Source: Bacteroidales bacterium (GTDB taxonomy: Bacteria > Bacteroidota > Bacteroidia > Bacteroidales > NBLH01). Taken from it: a stretch of 64,000 nucleotides of DNA. Within the stretch, counting starts at the first letter, position 1. Every line of letters starts with the position of its first letter. The DNA lies in assembly GCA_050291445.1 (NCBI GenBank), contig JBNKJW010000241.1, positions 6,943-70,942 on the forward strand, given 5' to 3'. Below the pieces are notes generated by a model. It was not told the DNA's origin. It worked only from the letters and a program-made list of their open reading frames with translations, and searched no databases. Shown here one piece after another: positions 49,295-60,900 of this stretch. The position numbers were made by a program, and so were the translations under genes.

Positions 49295-50363
49295 ATTGAC
49301 TTTTTTTGTAAAAATCCCCTAAATTTAAATTCAACGAAAAGTGGTTAGAGGCACCTGCTAAGTGGTAAATTGCCTGCCCATAACTTAATCGCAGCTTAGA
49401 AATCTTTATATAAATCCCCCAGGAAAAGCCAACTAAAAATGGACGTGTTGGTACCATCATCTCTTTTCGGCGTTGGTGGTTATAACCAGCCATTACTATA
49501 AAGTTCTTTGAGGGGATAAACTCAAGACTGAAAATGCTGTGTCTTAAAAAATTATCGAAAATATTGAACTCATATTTTTCTTCATTAAATTCACTTTCAG
49601 TTTCGGAAGAATAAGCTAGGTTTGAGTTTTTATCATAGGTTAAATCCCACTTATATAAATGATGCAGCAACATTGAAAACCTAAATGGGGCATGCTCCAG
49701 TTTTTGGGTAAGTCCAATTTGCATATCAAAAGGCAACGGCTCGTAATTACCTGCATAATAAGGCTTTAACTGAGTGCCGACATTTTTAAAAACAAAAGAA
49801 GCAGAAAACAAGTTATCTCTTGATACATAATTCATTCCCGCATCAAAGGCTAAACCAAATGATTTATAACTCTCCAGTTGGGAATATACAGGTTTTAAAT
49901 TCACCCCAATAGTAATTAAACTATCAAAAACAGGCCTGGCCCAAAAAACATTCAATGCCAGCTCAAAAGCTTTAAACTCACCAGTTATTTGTCCAGTTTC
50001 ATCAGCTTCAATAAATTTACCATAATTGATGTAGTGCAGTCCGGCTGCAAAAGTGCCCGTTTTTGCATAATCTTTTGCATAAGCTGTATAGCCATAATTA
50101 ATGCCTGCAAAATAATTTACATAGTTTAAAACAAGGTGCTTGGTCATTCCGGCGTTAAGCATTGCCGGATTATGATAAACAAAATTAAGGTCATTGTCGT
50201 TAATAGATATATTCTGGCCACCAAGTGCTGCAATGCGCGCAGAATTCGTGAGCTTTAAAAAAGTATAAGTAGAGTTACCTCCCACCTGGGCATAAAGCTG
50301 CGAACTTGCTAAAAGCAAACAACTAATTAACAGTAACCTTTTCACTTTTTCTATCATTCCCAT
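49293..50363 (-). CDS. PorQ-like outer-membrane protein (type IX secretion-associated family)
   Basis: Signal peptide, then GGNSTYTFLKLTNSARIAALGG, which I recognise as the PorQ/PorP-family N-terminal motif. Beta-barrel-like aromatic pattern. Confidence 0.55.
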   Translation of the reverse strand: MGMIEKVKRLLLISCLLLASSQLYAQVGGNSTYTFLKLTNSARIAALGGQNISINDNDLNFVYHNPAMLNAGMTKHLVLNYVNYFAGINYGYTAYAKDYAKTGTFAAGLHYINYGKFIEADETGQITGEFKAFELALNVFWARPVFDSLITIGVNLKPVYSQLESYKSFGLAFDAGMNYVSRDNLFSASFVFKNVGTQLKPYYAGNYEPLPFDMQIGLTQKLEHAPFRFSMLLHHLYKWDLTYDKNSNLAYSSETESEFNEEKYEFNIFDNFLRHSIFSLEFIPSKNFIVMAGYNHQRRKEMMVPTRPFLVGFSWGIYIKISKLRLSYGQAIYHLAGASNHFSLNLNLGDFYKKSQ

Positions 50364-51291
50364 TTAATTTTTTAAACGGAATTATTTTGTTTTTAAGGTA
50401 CATACCTCTTTTTAATTGCGATAAAAACAATCCCGAAAGTACAACTAATATCCCAAAGATATTAATATATGATAAGATTTCGTGCAAAAAGAAATAGGAG
50501 AAAATTGCAGTAAAAACAGGTATGATATTGGCAATGGTATTTGCTTTTACAAGGCCAAGTTCTCTGATTCCATAGGTAAATAACATAAACGCAACTGATG
50601 AAGCCAATATTGCCAGGGCTAAAATCGGCTTTATTATTTCAAAGGTTATTTCTACTGTTAGAAATTGTTCAAAATCAAAATAGGCAAAAAATGGAATGAA
50701 AAACAAAATGCCAAATAGGTTTTGATAAAAAATTATTGAAAACACATTGTACCGCTTTGCCACTTCAGTTACCACAACAGAGTATCCTATTGCACTAAAC
50801 ACAGCAAGTGCTAATAATAAAACTCCTGCTAATGATGCATTTAATCGAAAATCATTATCCAAAATCACTAAAAAAACGCCTGCAACTGAAACCAGAATAC
50901 CAATAAAATTTAAAGTGCTTAACTTTTCACGAAAAAAATACCAGGCTGCAACAGGTGAAAGAAGTGGGATGGTTGCAATTAAAACTGAAGATACCGTTGC
51001 ACTTACATACTTTAAGCCATAAGCTTCGCCAATAAAGTACAAGAAAGGTTCAAATAATGCCAGTAATGCTACCAGTTTAATATCTTTTTTCTTTAAGGGC
51101 TTTAATCGTTTAGTAAAAAAACCAATGGGCACAAGAAAAACTGTTGAAATAATTAAACGAAACAGAACAATGGTAAAAGGTTCGTAAAATTCCAGTAATT
51201 TTATTGACCAAATAAAGGAAAACCCCCAAAAAAGAGTTGCCAGAAACATTGCAAAGTAGGTAAATATCAGCTTCTTTTTTACTTCAGTCAT
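50323..51291 (-). CDS. EamA/DMT-family transporter
   Basis: ~10 TM helices with a duplicated EamA-like halves pattern. Overlaps the next gene by 41 nt. Confidence 0.8.
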   Translation of the reverse strand: MTEVKKKLIFTYFAMFLATLFWGFSFIWSIKLLEFYEPFTIVLFRLIISTVFLVPIGFFTKRLKPLKKKDIKLVALLALFEPFLYFIGEAYGLKYVSATVSSVLIATIPLLSPVAAWYFFREKLSTLNFIGILVSVAGVFLVILDNDFRLNASLAGVLLLALAVFSAIGYSVVVTEVAKRYNVFSIIFYQNLFGILFFIPFFAYFDFEQFLTVEITFEIIKPILALAILASSVAFMLFTYGIRELGLVKANTIANIIPVFTAIFSYFFLHEILSYINIFGILVVLSGLFLSQLKRGMYLKNKIIPFKKLNGNDRKSEKVTVN

Positions 51292-51459
51292 TAATTGTGC
51301 TTTTTAAGCCATCACCCCCAATATCACCCGTAATTAAAAAAGGTAATTAAAAACAACAAAAAGTCACTGGTATTGGCCTTCTTAAAAATTGCCCAAAGAT
51401 AGTTGCTTTCCATTGGAACACCAATGAATTACCCGATATATAAAAAAAATTAAGTTTTA

Positions 51460-52584
51460 TTAGTAGTTGGTCCTGGTATAAATCACATTTCTCTCTTTTA
51501 GGTAGTCAAAAAAGTATTGATAGTTTGATGCCTCTTCGCCAAGATATTCCGGAGGAATTATGCCTTTTTGATTATATTTTCCTTCAAGAAGAAGATTTGC
51601 AGCCGCTGTGCAGGTATATCCAGTAGTACGTGCCATTGAAATAGTTTTTGTGGCTTTATCGTACTTATCTAGTAAATAGTATTGATATTTCACTTCCTGA
51701 CCATTCTCCTCTCCTTCCAACCTTATACGCATTACAGTGTAATCTTCTTCGCCATCTTTTAGTTGCCATACTGGAAAAAGTAGTTTCGAAGTTAAATCTA
51801 TTGGTCTTATCATATGCCCATTTACATCCACCTCATCATACGAGAAGAAACCTGTTTCACGCAGTACCCTTAAGTACTCAACACACCCAGGATAACGTAA
51901 GGTTTTTTCAATCATGTCTGGCACTTTAATAGTATGTAAAATGGTACGTAAACCATCTGAATTCCAAGACTCTAAAGTTCCAACACCAGGAAAATCAATC
52001 AACTCAGTATCGGAAAGAGCCTCACGCACAACAACTTGCCCATTTTGAACATACCTGGCTGGTCGGATGTATTCTTCAATAACATCAATTGGTGAAAACA
52101 CAGCTTTGTATTCATAAGGCCAGGTTCGTTCAACAGGTAAACCACCAACCATACACTCGTATTTTTTTACTTCCATTTTTTTGTGGTAATGCCCAAGAAT
52201 TATATTTCCCATACCCGGAGCTACTCCACAATCAATAACTGCCGTAACATTGTGCCTTTTTGCCAGTTCATCCAAATCAAAAGGCTCTTCAGGAAAAAAA
52301 GCGATATCAACCACATTTTTACCCGCTTTAATTATTGTTTCCAACGTTTTGTATCCCATAAAACCAGGCACTGCACTAATAACCAAGTCGGCATCTTTTA
52401 TTAAATAATTGATATTTGCAGGGTTGTTTAAATCAGAATGGACAGCTTCAATATCATGAATATTTATCAAATACTCCAGTTCTCTGTCATTGATATCAAC
52501 TGAAATAACGTGATGTTTTTTATGTAAATCAATAGCTATAGCTTTTCCTACTCTCCCTGCTCCCAGAACAACAATTTTATGCAT
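51460..52584 (-). CDS. saccharopine dehydrogenase-family NAD(P)-binding oxidoreductase
   Basis: N-terminal Rossmann motif KIVVLGAGRVGKAIA. The length and C-terminal domain pattern are typical of the saccharopine/carboxynorspermidine dehydrogenase family. Confidence 0.7.
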   Translation of the reverse strand: MHKIVVLGAGRVGKAIAIDLHKKHHVISVDINDRELEYLINIHDIEAVHSDLNNPANINYLIKDADLVISAVPGFMGYKTLETIIKAGKNVVDIAFFPEEPFDLDELAKRHNVTAVIDCGVAPGMGNIILGHYHKKMEVKKYECMVGGLPVERTWPYEYKAVFSPIDVIEEYIRPARYVQNGQVVVREALSDTELIDFPGVGTLESWNSDGLRTILHTIKVPDMIEKTLRYPGCVEYLRVLRETGFFSYDEVDVNGHMIRPIDLTSKLLFPVWQLKDGEEDYTVMRIRLEGEENGQEVKYQYYLLDKYDKATKTISMARTTGYTCTAAANLLLEGKYNQKGIIPPEYLGEEASNYQYFFDYLKERNVIYTRTNY

Positions 52585-52661
52585 ACTACCAAGTTTAAAT
52601 CAGACAATAAATATTACATGCCTAATTTACTAAAAAATAGGAAATTAAAAGAAATCTTCGT

Positions 52662-54107
52662 TTATTTAATCAACTCGTCTAAAGTGTAACCTGCTTTTAA
52701 TAAATTAGATGGCCTAAGGATTTCCTCCAGCTTTTCGCGCTTTAACAGTTTTAAACTCTCATTGGCAACATAAATGTCCGTGTCAGCTTCCTGCATCTTT
52801 TTTGCCAGTTCGGATGCTTGGTTGTATCCAATGTAAGGAATTAATGCTGTGGTTATTGCAGGGCTTTTCATTAGTTTTTCGAGCGATTTATTTTCATTAA
52901 CTGTTAAGCCGGTTATAAGATGCTCCTCAAGACTGTTATTTGCAGAAATTAATAACTCTAGACTTTCAAGCATTGAGTGGCCAATTACAGGAATATAGGC
53001 ATTTAGCTCAAGGCAACCCTGGGCTGATAAACTTGAAACTAACATATCGTTGGCATAAACCTTATGAACCGCACTAACAACGAACTCAGGTATTACTGGG
53101 TTAATTTTTGAAGGCATAATAGAGCTTCCGACCTGCTTTTTTGGTAAATTCAAACCTCCATTTTCAATTATGTCTGAGCCCAAAAGGCGTAAATCATTCA
53201 CCATTTTCTCTAAATTAACGGCATGTGATTTTAAAATGGCATGCACTTCAACAAAAGAGTCAAGGTTGGCAGTTGTATCGACCAGGTTTTCGCCCCTTGT
53301 AAGAGGCAACTTTGTTAGAGCCTGTAGCTCTCGCACCACCTCCATAACATAAAACCTTGGAACCGAAATACTTGTTCCAATGGCTGTTCCGCCCAGGTTA
53401 ATTACTTTTATTCGTTCAAAACATTTCGAGACCCTCCACCAGTCGCGCGAAAGTGCGTCGTTGTAGCTGCTAAAAAGTCGACCAAAAGAGGTTGGTACCG
53501 CCTCTTGCATTTGTGTGTAGGCAATTCTCAGGCTATCGCGGTATTTTTTTTCCAGCCCTTCAATTGAACCTCTTAACCTATTAATAGCTTCTTCAAGATT
53601 GTTAAGCAGATGTATTATTGCCACCGTTAACGAAGTAGGTATTACATCATTGGTTGATTGAAAAATATTGGCCTGCTCAATAGGATCTATCTTTAAATAA
53701 TCTCCAGGTTTTAAACCTAAAGACCTTAAAGCTACGTTTGCTATTATCTCATTGATATTCAGATTAATACTAGTACCAGCCCCTCCCTGAATAGCTGGTA
53801 CAATAAAATGTTGGTAATGCTTACCTTGTGCTACTTCAACAGCAGCATCAATCATGGCGTCAAGTGTTTTATCTTGAATAAATTTAATGGGAAGCTCCTG
53901 ACCTGTATATTTTTGTTGGGCAGCTTTTTTAAACTTTTTATAGACTTGATAAACCGCCTGTTTTGTAATACCTAACGCCTTGTACCACTCAAAATTAAAT
54001 ACCGAATTGTTCTGAAAATTTGATTTGGCCCTGACTGAATGAATTCCATACAACGCTCCCTCCGGCACTTTTAATTCACCGATAAAATCCTTTTCTAATC
54101 GGTCCAT
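52662..54107 (-). CDS. aspA: aspartate ammonia-lyase-like class II lyase
   Basis: Fumarate-lyase signature GSSIMPSKINPVIPE, where the PV(I/V)PE variant favours AspA over fumarase. 481 aa. Confidence 0.7.
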   Translation of the reverse strand: MDRLEKDFIGELKVPEGALYGIHSVRAKSNFQNNSVFNFEWYKALGITKQAVYQVYKKFKKAAQQKYTGQELPIKFIQDKTLDAMIDAAVEVAQGKHYQHFIVPAIQGGAGTSINLNINEIIANVALRSLGLKPGDYLKIDPIEQANIFQSTNDVIPTSLTVAIIHLLNNLEEAINRLRGSIEGLEKKYRDSLRIAYTQMQEAVPTSFGRLFSSYNDALSRDWWRVSKCFERIKVINLGGTAIGTSISVPRFYVMEVVRELQALTKLPLTRGENLVDTTANLDSFVEVHAILKSHAVNLEKMVNDLRLLGSDIIENGGLNLPKKQVGSSIMPSKINPVIPEFVVSAVHKVYANDMLVSSLSAQGCLELNAYIPVIGHSMLESLELLISANNSLEEHLITGLTVNENKSLEKLMKSPAITTALIPYIGYNQASELAKKMQEADTDIYVANESLKLLKREKLEEILRPSNLLKAGYTLDELIK

Positions 54108-54118
54108 TTTAAAACAAA

Positions 54119-55285
54119 TTATTTGCTAATTGGCTGCGCAAATGTTTTTACGTTTTCGCCTGTAATGGTATCTTCACACAAAATCACCAACCTTTCCAAA
54201 ACATTTCTAAACTCTCTAATGTTTCCTGTCCATGTAATTTTCTGCAACTCTTTGATGGCATCTTCAGTGACGGTTTTAGGTGGCATTCCATAGTCTTCAC
54301 AGACCAGTTTCATAAAATGCTCTGTCAATAAAGGAACGTCTTCCAATCGCTCATTTAACGAAGGCACATGAATTAAAATTACACTTAAGCGATGATATAA
54401 ATCCTCTCGGAAGTTATTCTCAGCTATTTCTTTTTTTAAATCTTTGTTTGTGGCTGCAATAACCCTTACATCCACTTTTATTTTTTTATCGCTACCTACC
54501 CGATAAATGGTATTTTCCTGCAGTGCTCGTAACACTTTTGCCTGTGCTGAAAGGCTCATATCTCCAATTTCGTCAAGCAGAATGGTGCCACCATTTGCCT
54601 GTTCAAACTTTCCTTTTCGCTGTTTATGCGCCGAAGTAAAAGCACCTTTTTCATGCCCAAACAATTCGCTCTCGATTAATTCCGAAGGAATTGCTGCGCA
54701 ATTAACCTCTACAAATGGATATTGTGCCCGCTGGCTTTTTTCATGCAACCACCTAGCAACCAGCTCCTTACCTGTTCCATTATTTCCAGTTATTAATACT
54801 CTGGCATCAGTGGGTGCAACCCGGTCAATCATTTCTTTTATTTTGTTGATGGCCTCCGATTCACCAACCATTTCATAAGTCTTGCTAACACGGCGTTTAA
54901 GCACCTGTGTTTCAACAATTAAGTCTTTTCTTTCAAGTGCATTTCTGATAGTAACCAACAAGCGGTTAAGATCCAATGGCTTTTCGATAAAATCATAGGC
55001 TCCTTTTTTTAGCGCCTCAACAGCCGTTTCAACATTCCCATGGCCGGAAATCATGATAATTGGAACCTCGGGACAAATATCCATCAACTTTTCAATAACC
55101 TCAATACCATCCATTTGAGGCATTTTTATGTCGCATAAAATAACATCATACTTAGTAGCTTTGGCCAATTCAATTCCCTCAAAGCCATCTGATGCTATTG
55201 AAACACTATGATCCTCATATTCAATTATTTCCTTTAGTGTATCCCTTATCGGTTTTTCATCATCAATCACTAAAACTTTTGCCAT
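54119..55285 (-). CDS. sigma-54-dependent response regulator lacking a C-terminal HTH
   Basis: Receiver domain (VLVIDDE...DIKMP), AAA+ domain (GNNGTGKE, GAFTSA loop, ILLDEIGDM). Ends at aa 388 with no Fis-type HTH. Confidence 0.85.
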   Translation of the reverse strand: MAKVLVIDDEKPIRDTLKEIIEYEDHSVSIASDGFEGIELAKATKYDVILCDIKMPQMDGIEVIEKLMDICPEVPIIMISGHGNVETAVEALKKGAYDFIEKPLDLNRLLVTIRNALERKDLIVETQVLKRRVSKTYEMVGESEAINKIKEMIDRVAPTDARVLITGNNGTGKELVARWLHEKSQRAQYPFVEVNCAAIPSELIESELFGHEKGAFTSAHKQRKGKFEQANGGTILLDEIGDMSLSAQAKVLRALQENTIYRVGSDKKIKVDVRVIAATNKDLKKEIAENNFREDLYHRLSVILIHVPSLNERLEDVPLLTEHFMKLVCEDYGMPPKTVTEDAIKELQKITWTGNIREFRNVLERLVILCEDTITGENVKTFAQPISK

Positions 55286-55544
55286 TCTCGTTTTTTTTAG
55301 TCAATTAAAGACAAATATACTTTTTTCTAAGTAAAGTGATAAATTTTTTCCCTACAAATCATTTAAAAAGCAGTGATTTTTTCACCTTTAATAATAGAAC
55401 TCTACCAACTCACAACATAATTGTACAATTCTGTAATAATTTATGTAAAAAGTAATTAATTTTTCAATAAATTCACGTGTTTAATATAATTTAGCTCGAT
55501 TTTTGTCGTAGTACTGTTTTAGAATTAATCAAAAATAGAAAACA

Positions 55545-57884
55545 ATGAGGGCTTTAAGAACACTTTTGGTTTTAACCATTTCATTATCAACGCTAACTGG
55601 CATTGCTCAAAATGCAAAAAAACTATACAAATCAGGAAAAAATTACAGTAAAACAGGTAATTTCGAAAAAGCAACAGAACTTTTTTCTCAAGCAATTGAT
55701 CTAAACCCAAGTTTCACAAAAGCTATTTTGGCCAGGGCCGCTGCATATGAAGAGCTAATTGAATACAAAAAGGCGGCTGAAGATTATGCAACCTTAAGCA
55801 CAATGGAGCCAGACAAATCAACCTACTTTGTTAAGGCAGGCACACTATATTTTCATGCAAAAGACTACCAGAAAGCTATACCTCTGTTAAATTCAGCTGC
55901 AGATTTGGACTCAAAAAATGCAGACATCTATGTTTTTAAATCCAAAAGTTATTTTGAGCTAAAAAACTATCGAGAAGCTTTGGATGATATAAATAGTGCA
56001 TTAGTAATCGAACAAACTGGTAGCAACTACTACCAAAGAGGCCTTATTTATTCTGAAATGCAAAATTTTGCTGCTGCAAAAAAAGATTTTTTACAGGCGT
56101 TAATGTTCAATGCACAAAATTCAGAAGCACGAACTCAACTTGCTTTTACTCAGTTTAACTTAAAGGAGATAGACAATGCCTTGCAATCGCTCAATACAGC
56201 CATAAAATCCAATAGCAAAAATAAATCAGCCTATCTTTTGCGTAGCTATATTTATCGGCAACAATTAAAACTAAATGAAGCAATTAAAGATTTAACAACA
56301 GTTTTATCATACTACCCCAATGATAAAAAAATATTACTTCAAAGGGGAATCACTTTTAGCCAAAACAAGCAACATAGCGAAGCAATTACAGACTTGTCAA
56401 AAGTTTTACTTTTTGCAAAGGGTGACAAATTGGCACTTGAATACAGAGCAAAATCGTATCAGGCACTTAACAAAAAAAATGAGGCCATTAAAGATTTTAA
56501 TGAACTTTTAGGCTTAATTGAAAACGATAATAATAAAAAAGAACAAGTAGCTGGAATTAGAAAGCAACTTTTTGAACTTCAAAGAGAAAGCATCAATCCT
56601 AGAATTGTAATTATTCAGAAAAAGACAGGGTTAAAAAGCATTGAAGTTCCTGAGGGGCCTGATGAAGCTTCAATCAAAATTAAGATTGTTGAACAAAGTG
56701 ACATTTCCAAGCTTAAAATTGACGACACTGAAATTCCGTTTAACCAGAAAGAGATTAAAATTGGTGAAGAAATAGCTGTGGACATTGCCAATAAAACCAG
56801 TCTTAAAATTGAAGCAGTGGATGTTTATGGCAATAAAACACAAGAAATTTTCAACTTAAAAAGGGTAGATACCGGTTTCCCAAGAATAGCAATCACTACC
56901 CCTCTTTCATCAAAAGGCGACAAAATATTCCTTTCCGAATTATCTGATGAAATTGAGTTGCAAGGAAGGATTATGAGTAAATACAAAATTAGATCAATCA
57001 AAATTGACGATATCCCTGTTGACTTTAGCCAGCAAGCAAGCAATCCAAAATTTAGGGCAAGAGTTGTTATTGAAAATAAAGAATCGATTGAATTTGATGT
57101 TATTGACGCCGAAGGGAACCACTTGGTTAAACGATTTGCTATTGACAAAACGGATGCTGAAATGTTAAGCAAAAATCCGATGGGAAGAACCTGGGTTGTT
57201 TTTGTTGAAAACTCAAATTATAAATACTTTACCAATCTTGAAGGGCCAAAAAAGGAGGTCAATTTAATGGTAAAAGCACTCAACAACTATCAGATTGACA
57301 AGGTTATACACAAAAAAAACATGACAAAATCGCAAATGGATTGGTTTTTCAGGAGCGAACTTAAAAAACTAATTATTGATAACCGGGTTAACTCAATTAT
57401 GGTTTGGTATGCTGGTCATGGAAAATTCTTACAAGAAAATGGTTACTGGATACCTGTTGATTCAAAAGTTGATGATTTGTCAACCTACTACAATCTTAAT
57501 TCATTAAAATCGGCCTTGAAACCCTACGCAAAAGTAATCACTCACTCTCTAATTGTAACAGATGCATGCGAATCAGGACCAAGTTTTTACATGTCAATGC
57601 GTTCATTACCTACAGATAAAGATTGCAACAATACAAAATCAACGCGTTCTAAATCATCACAGGTTTTCACATCTACAGGAAAAGACCTGACCAATGGTGA
57701 TTCTAAGTTTACAGAATCCTTTGCGAATTCATTGGTGTTTAATTCAAAATCCTGCATCCCAATTGAACGAATTGTTAATAAAGTATCAAGAGATTTAGTG
57801 AAAACAAGCAATAAAAGACCTAAATTTGGTAAAATTTCAGGGTTTGGTGATGAAAACGGAAGTTTCATTTTCATAAAAAAATAG
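55545..57884 (+). CDS. secreted TPR-repeat protein with C-terminal caspase-like (peptidase C14) domain
   Basis: Signal peptide, ~8 TPR units (aa 25-330), a beta-rich middle region, then a His/Cys dyad context VWYAGHGKF...LIVTDACESGPSF. Confidence 0.8.
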   Translation: MRALRTLLVLTISLSTLTGIAQNAKKLYKSGKNYSKTGNFEKATELFSQAIDLNPSFTKAILARAAAYEELIEYKKAAEDYATLSTMEPDKSTYFVKAGTLYFHAKDYQKAIPLLNSAADLDSKNADIYVFKSKSYFELKNYREALDDINSALVIEQTGSNYYQRGLIYSEMQNFAAAKKDFLQALMFNAQNSEARTQLAFTQFNLKEIDNALQSLNTAIKSNSKNKSAYLLRSYIYRQQLKLNEAIKDLTTVLSYYPNDKKILLQRGITFSQNKQHSEAITDLSKVLLFAKGDKLALEYRAKSYQALNKKNEAIKDFNELLGLIENDNNKKEQVAGIRKQLFELQRESINPRIVIIQKKTGLKSIEVPEGPDEASIKIKIVEQSDISKLKIDDTEIPFNQKEIKIGEEIAVDIANKTSLKIEAVDVYGNKTQEIFNLKRVDTGFPRIAITTPLSSKGDKIFLSELSDEIELQGRIMSKYKIRSIKIDDIPVDFSQQASNPKFRARVVIENKESIEFDVIDAEGNHLVKRFAIDKTDAEMLSKNPMGRTWVVFVENSNYKYFTNLEGPKKEVNLMVKALNNYQIDKVIHKKNMTKSQMDWFFRSELKKLIIDNRVNSIMVWYAGHGKFLQENGYWIPVDSKVDDLSTYYNLNSLKSALKPYAKVITHSLIVTDACESGPSFYMSMRSLPTDKDCNNTKSTRSKSSQVFTSTGKDLTNGDSKFTESFANSLVFNSKSCIPIERIVNKVSRDLVKTSNKRPKFGKISGFGDENGSFIFIKK

Positions 57885-57903
57885 GTGCAACACTCAAAAC
57901 TAA

Positions 57904-60900
57904 ATGCAAAAAGCTAAACTGACAATCAAAAACATCATTTTTATTTTACTAAGCTTAACGCTTGGTGGCAACACCTTTTCTCAAAGTTATTATTTTGATA
58001 ATTATAGTGTTAGAGAAGGTTTAGCACAATCAACAGTTTATGACATCCTTCAGGATTCGTCTGGGTATGTCTGGTTGGGAACCTCAGCAGGGGTTTCGCG
58101 TTTTGATGGTATTAAATTTAATAATTATTCGTATAGAAACGGACTGGGGAAAAATGCAGTTCAGAAGGTTATTGAAGATAAATATGGGAACTTATGGTTT
58201 GGGCATAAAGGAGGCGCAATTAGCCGCTTGAAAAACGACACGATTCAAACCTTTTATTTAGATACCACGCAAGTTGACATAACTACCCTGCACGAAGACA
58301 AAGAAGGGAATATTTGGGCTGGAACATTTGGCATTGGATGTTTTAAAATAAAAAACCCCAATACACAGCTACTAAAAAATATAGATTTCATTCAATACAA
58401 AGAAAAACTTAATAAATATGTGTTTAAAGTTTTTGAGAAACGTGATGGTACACTATTTTTCATTGTACATGGGGGAATAAAATATTTTGATGAAAAAGTG
58501 GGAGAATTCAAATACTATCGACCAGAAAATCTCCCTCAGTTTTATCAGTTTACCTGTATGTTTGAGGATAGCAAAGGAAACCTTTGGTTTGGAACTGATA
58601 TTGGAGGGCTTTATAAATCAAATAAAAATGGCTCATACACCAGCTACATGGTAAAAGATGGCTTGGCCAGCAACTTTATTTCAACTATTTCTGAAGATAA
58701 ATCAGGTAAAATATGGCTAGGAACATGGGGCGAGGGGATCAATACCATTTCTGGTGACAAAATTGAAACTTACAATAAAATAAATGGCCTACCCGATTCA
58801 AAAATCAGGTGCATTGTAAATGATCTGGAAGGCAATGTGCTAATTGGAACAAATGAAAATGGACTTTGTATTTTTAAAGGCTCAGGCTTTATTAACTATC
58901 ATCAAAAAGATGGCATCAATGGAGAGCATGTAAATGCAATACTGCAAGATAAAAACGGCGCTTTCTGGTTTGGAACAGATTCCGGACTAACTGTTTTTAA
59001 TCAACAACCAGGCGTTTCAGAAAAAACGAAATATTACAACACCTCAAACAATAAAATACCTGAAGACAGAATCCACTTTATTAAAGAAGACAATAATGGC
59101 ACGATATGGATTGCAGGTGAAAACACAGTTGTTTCAAACACCCCTGGAACCGAAGAATTTATTTACAACCTATACATTAATGGCTACATCAGGCATAACA
59201 ATGTAATTACCTCAATGGTAATCGATAAGCATAACAGCATTTGGATTGGCACCATTGAGGGCTTATTTGTTTATGATATTGATTTAGACGCAATCTCACA
59301 ATTCAGCAAGGAATCTGGGCTTGCGAGCGACAACATCAGTGCTCTTTTTTGTGATTCAAAAAACAGGGTGTGGATTGGTTGTGAGCAGATGGGGTTAACT
59401 GTGTTTGATCCCGTTGATACTTTGTTTATTAATATTAAAGAACCTACTGGATTTACACCTATTTCTATAACAGAATCATTTGATAATAAAATATGGGTTG
59501 GTACACAGTCGCAAGGTATATTAGTATTTGATAATTACGCCCTGCATCAACATTTCACATACGAAAAAGAGCTACTATCAAACAACATAACAGACTTGCA
59601 TTCAGCAATTAACGACAATATATATATTGGCACAAGTCGTGGTTTAAATAAATACAACCCCAAAGAGCAAAGGTTTTCGAGTTACTCAGGCAAAACAGGT
59701 TTCACTGGCATTGAGGTAAAGAAAAGCTCTGGCTTTATTGATAAAGATGGAAACGTTTGGCTAGGAACAGTAAAAGGTGCCACTAAAATAATACTTGCAC
59801 AAAATCAGGACAATTTACTTGAGCCAAGAACCCATATTAACAAGTTGAGGGTTAACCAGAAAGAAGTTAAACTGCAAAACAACATTACCTTAAGTTATCT
59901 TGAAAATTCGATCATCTTTGATTATACCAGTATTTGCTTAAGCGATCCGGATGCTGTTGAATATAAAACAATGCTCGAAGGGGCAGAAAAAGAATGGCAA
60001 CCTGTTACAAAACAAACAACAGCAAGTTATACTGGTTTGCCACATGGTGAATATACTTTTAAGGTAAAAGCAAAAAATAGTGCAGGGATTTGGAACGAAA
60101 AACCGGTAACCTTTTCATTTAGAATAAAACCACCCTTTTGGAAAGCGGCGTGGTTTTGGGTAGTAGTCTCAATCATAGTGGTTTCTGCAATTTTTGCATA
60201 CATAAAAGTAAGAGAGCAAAAACTGGTGAAAGAAAAACAGGTGCTCGAAGAAAAAGTAAGAGAACGAACTATTGAAATAAGCGATAAAAACAAAAAACTT
60301 GAGGCTTTCAATAAAAACATTACCGGAAGTATTAAGTACGCAAAAAGAATTCAGGATGCGATGCTACCCAACGATGAGCACCTAAACAGCATTCTGCCAG
60401 AGCACTTTATCCTTTACAAGCCAAGAGATATTGTAAGTGGTGATTATTATTGGGCCACAAAAAAAGAGGACCATTTAATTGTGGCGGCTGTTGATTGCAC
60501 AGGTCATGGTGTACCAGGTGCATTTATGAGCATGTTAGGAATTACCCTGTTGGATGAAATTATCAACAAAAAAAATATTACAGATACTGCTGAAATCTTA
60601 AACCAAATGCGACAGGCTGTCATCACCTCTTTAAAACAGCGAGGCATACGTGGCGAAACACAGGATGGTATGGACGTTGCTATTGTTTCGATAAACACAG
60701 CAACCTTAGAAGCTCAATTTTCCGGGGCCTACAACCCCCTTTATTTAATTCGGAAAGATAAATTAATAAGGTACAAAGGAAACAGGATGCCTATAGGCAT
60801 TTATTATAAAAAAACAGGTGATTTTTCAAGTAAAACCATCCAGTTTGAAAAAGATGATCGCATCTACCTTTTTACCGATGGATATATCGATCAGTTCAAT

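Noticed and set aside
50323-50363. 41-nt overlap between the DMT transporter gene end and the PorQ-like gene start
   Set aside because: This is most simply a start-codon choice issue or an ordinary same-strand overlap. There is no frameshift or fusion signal.
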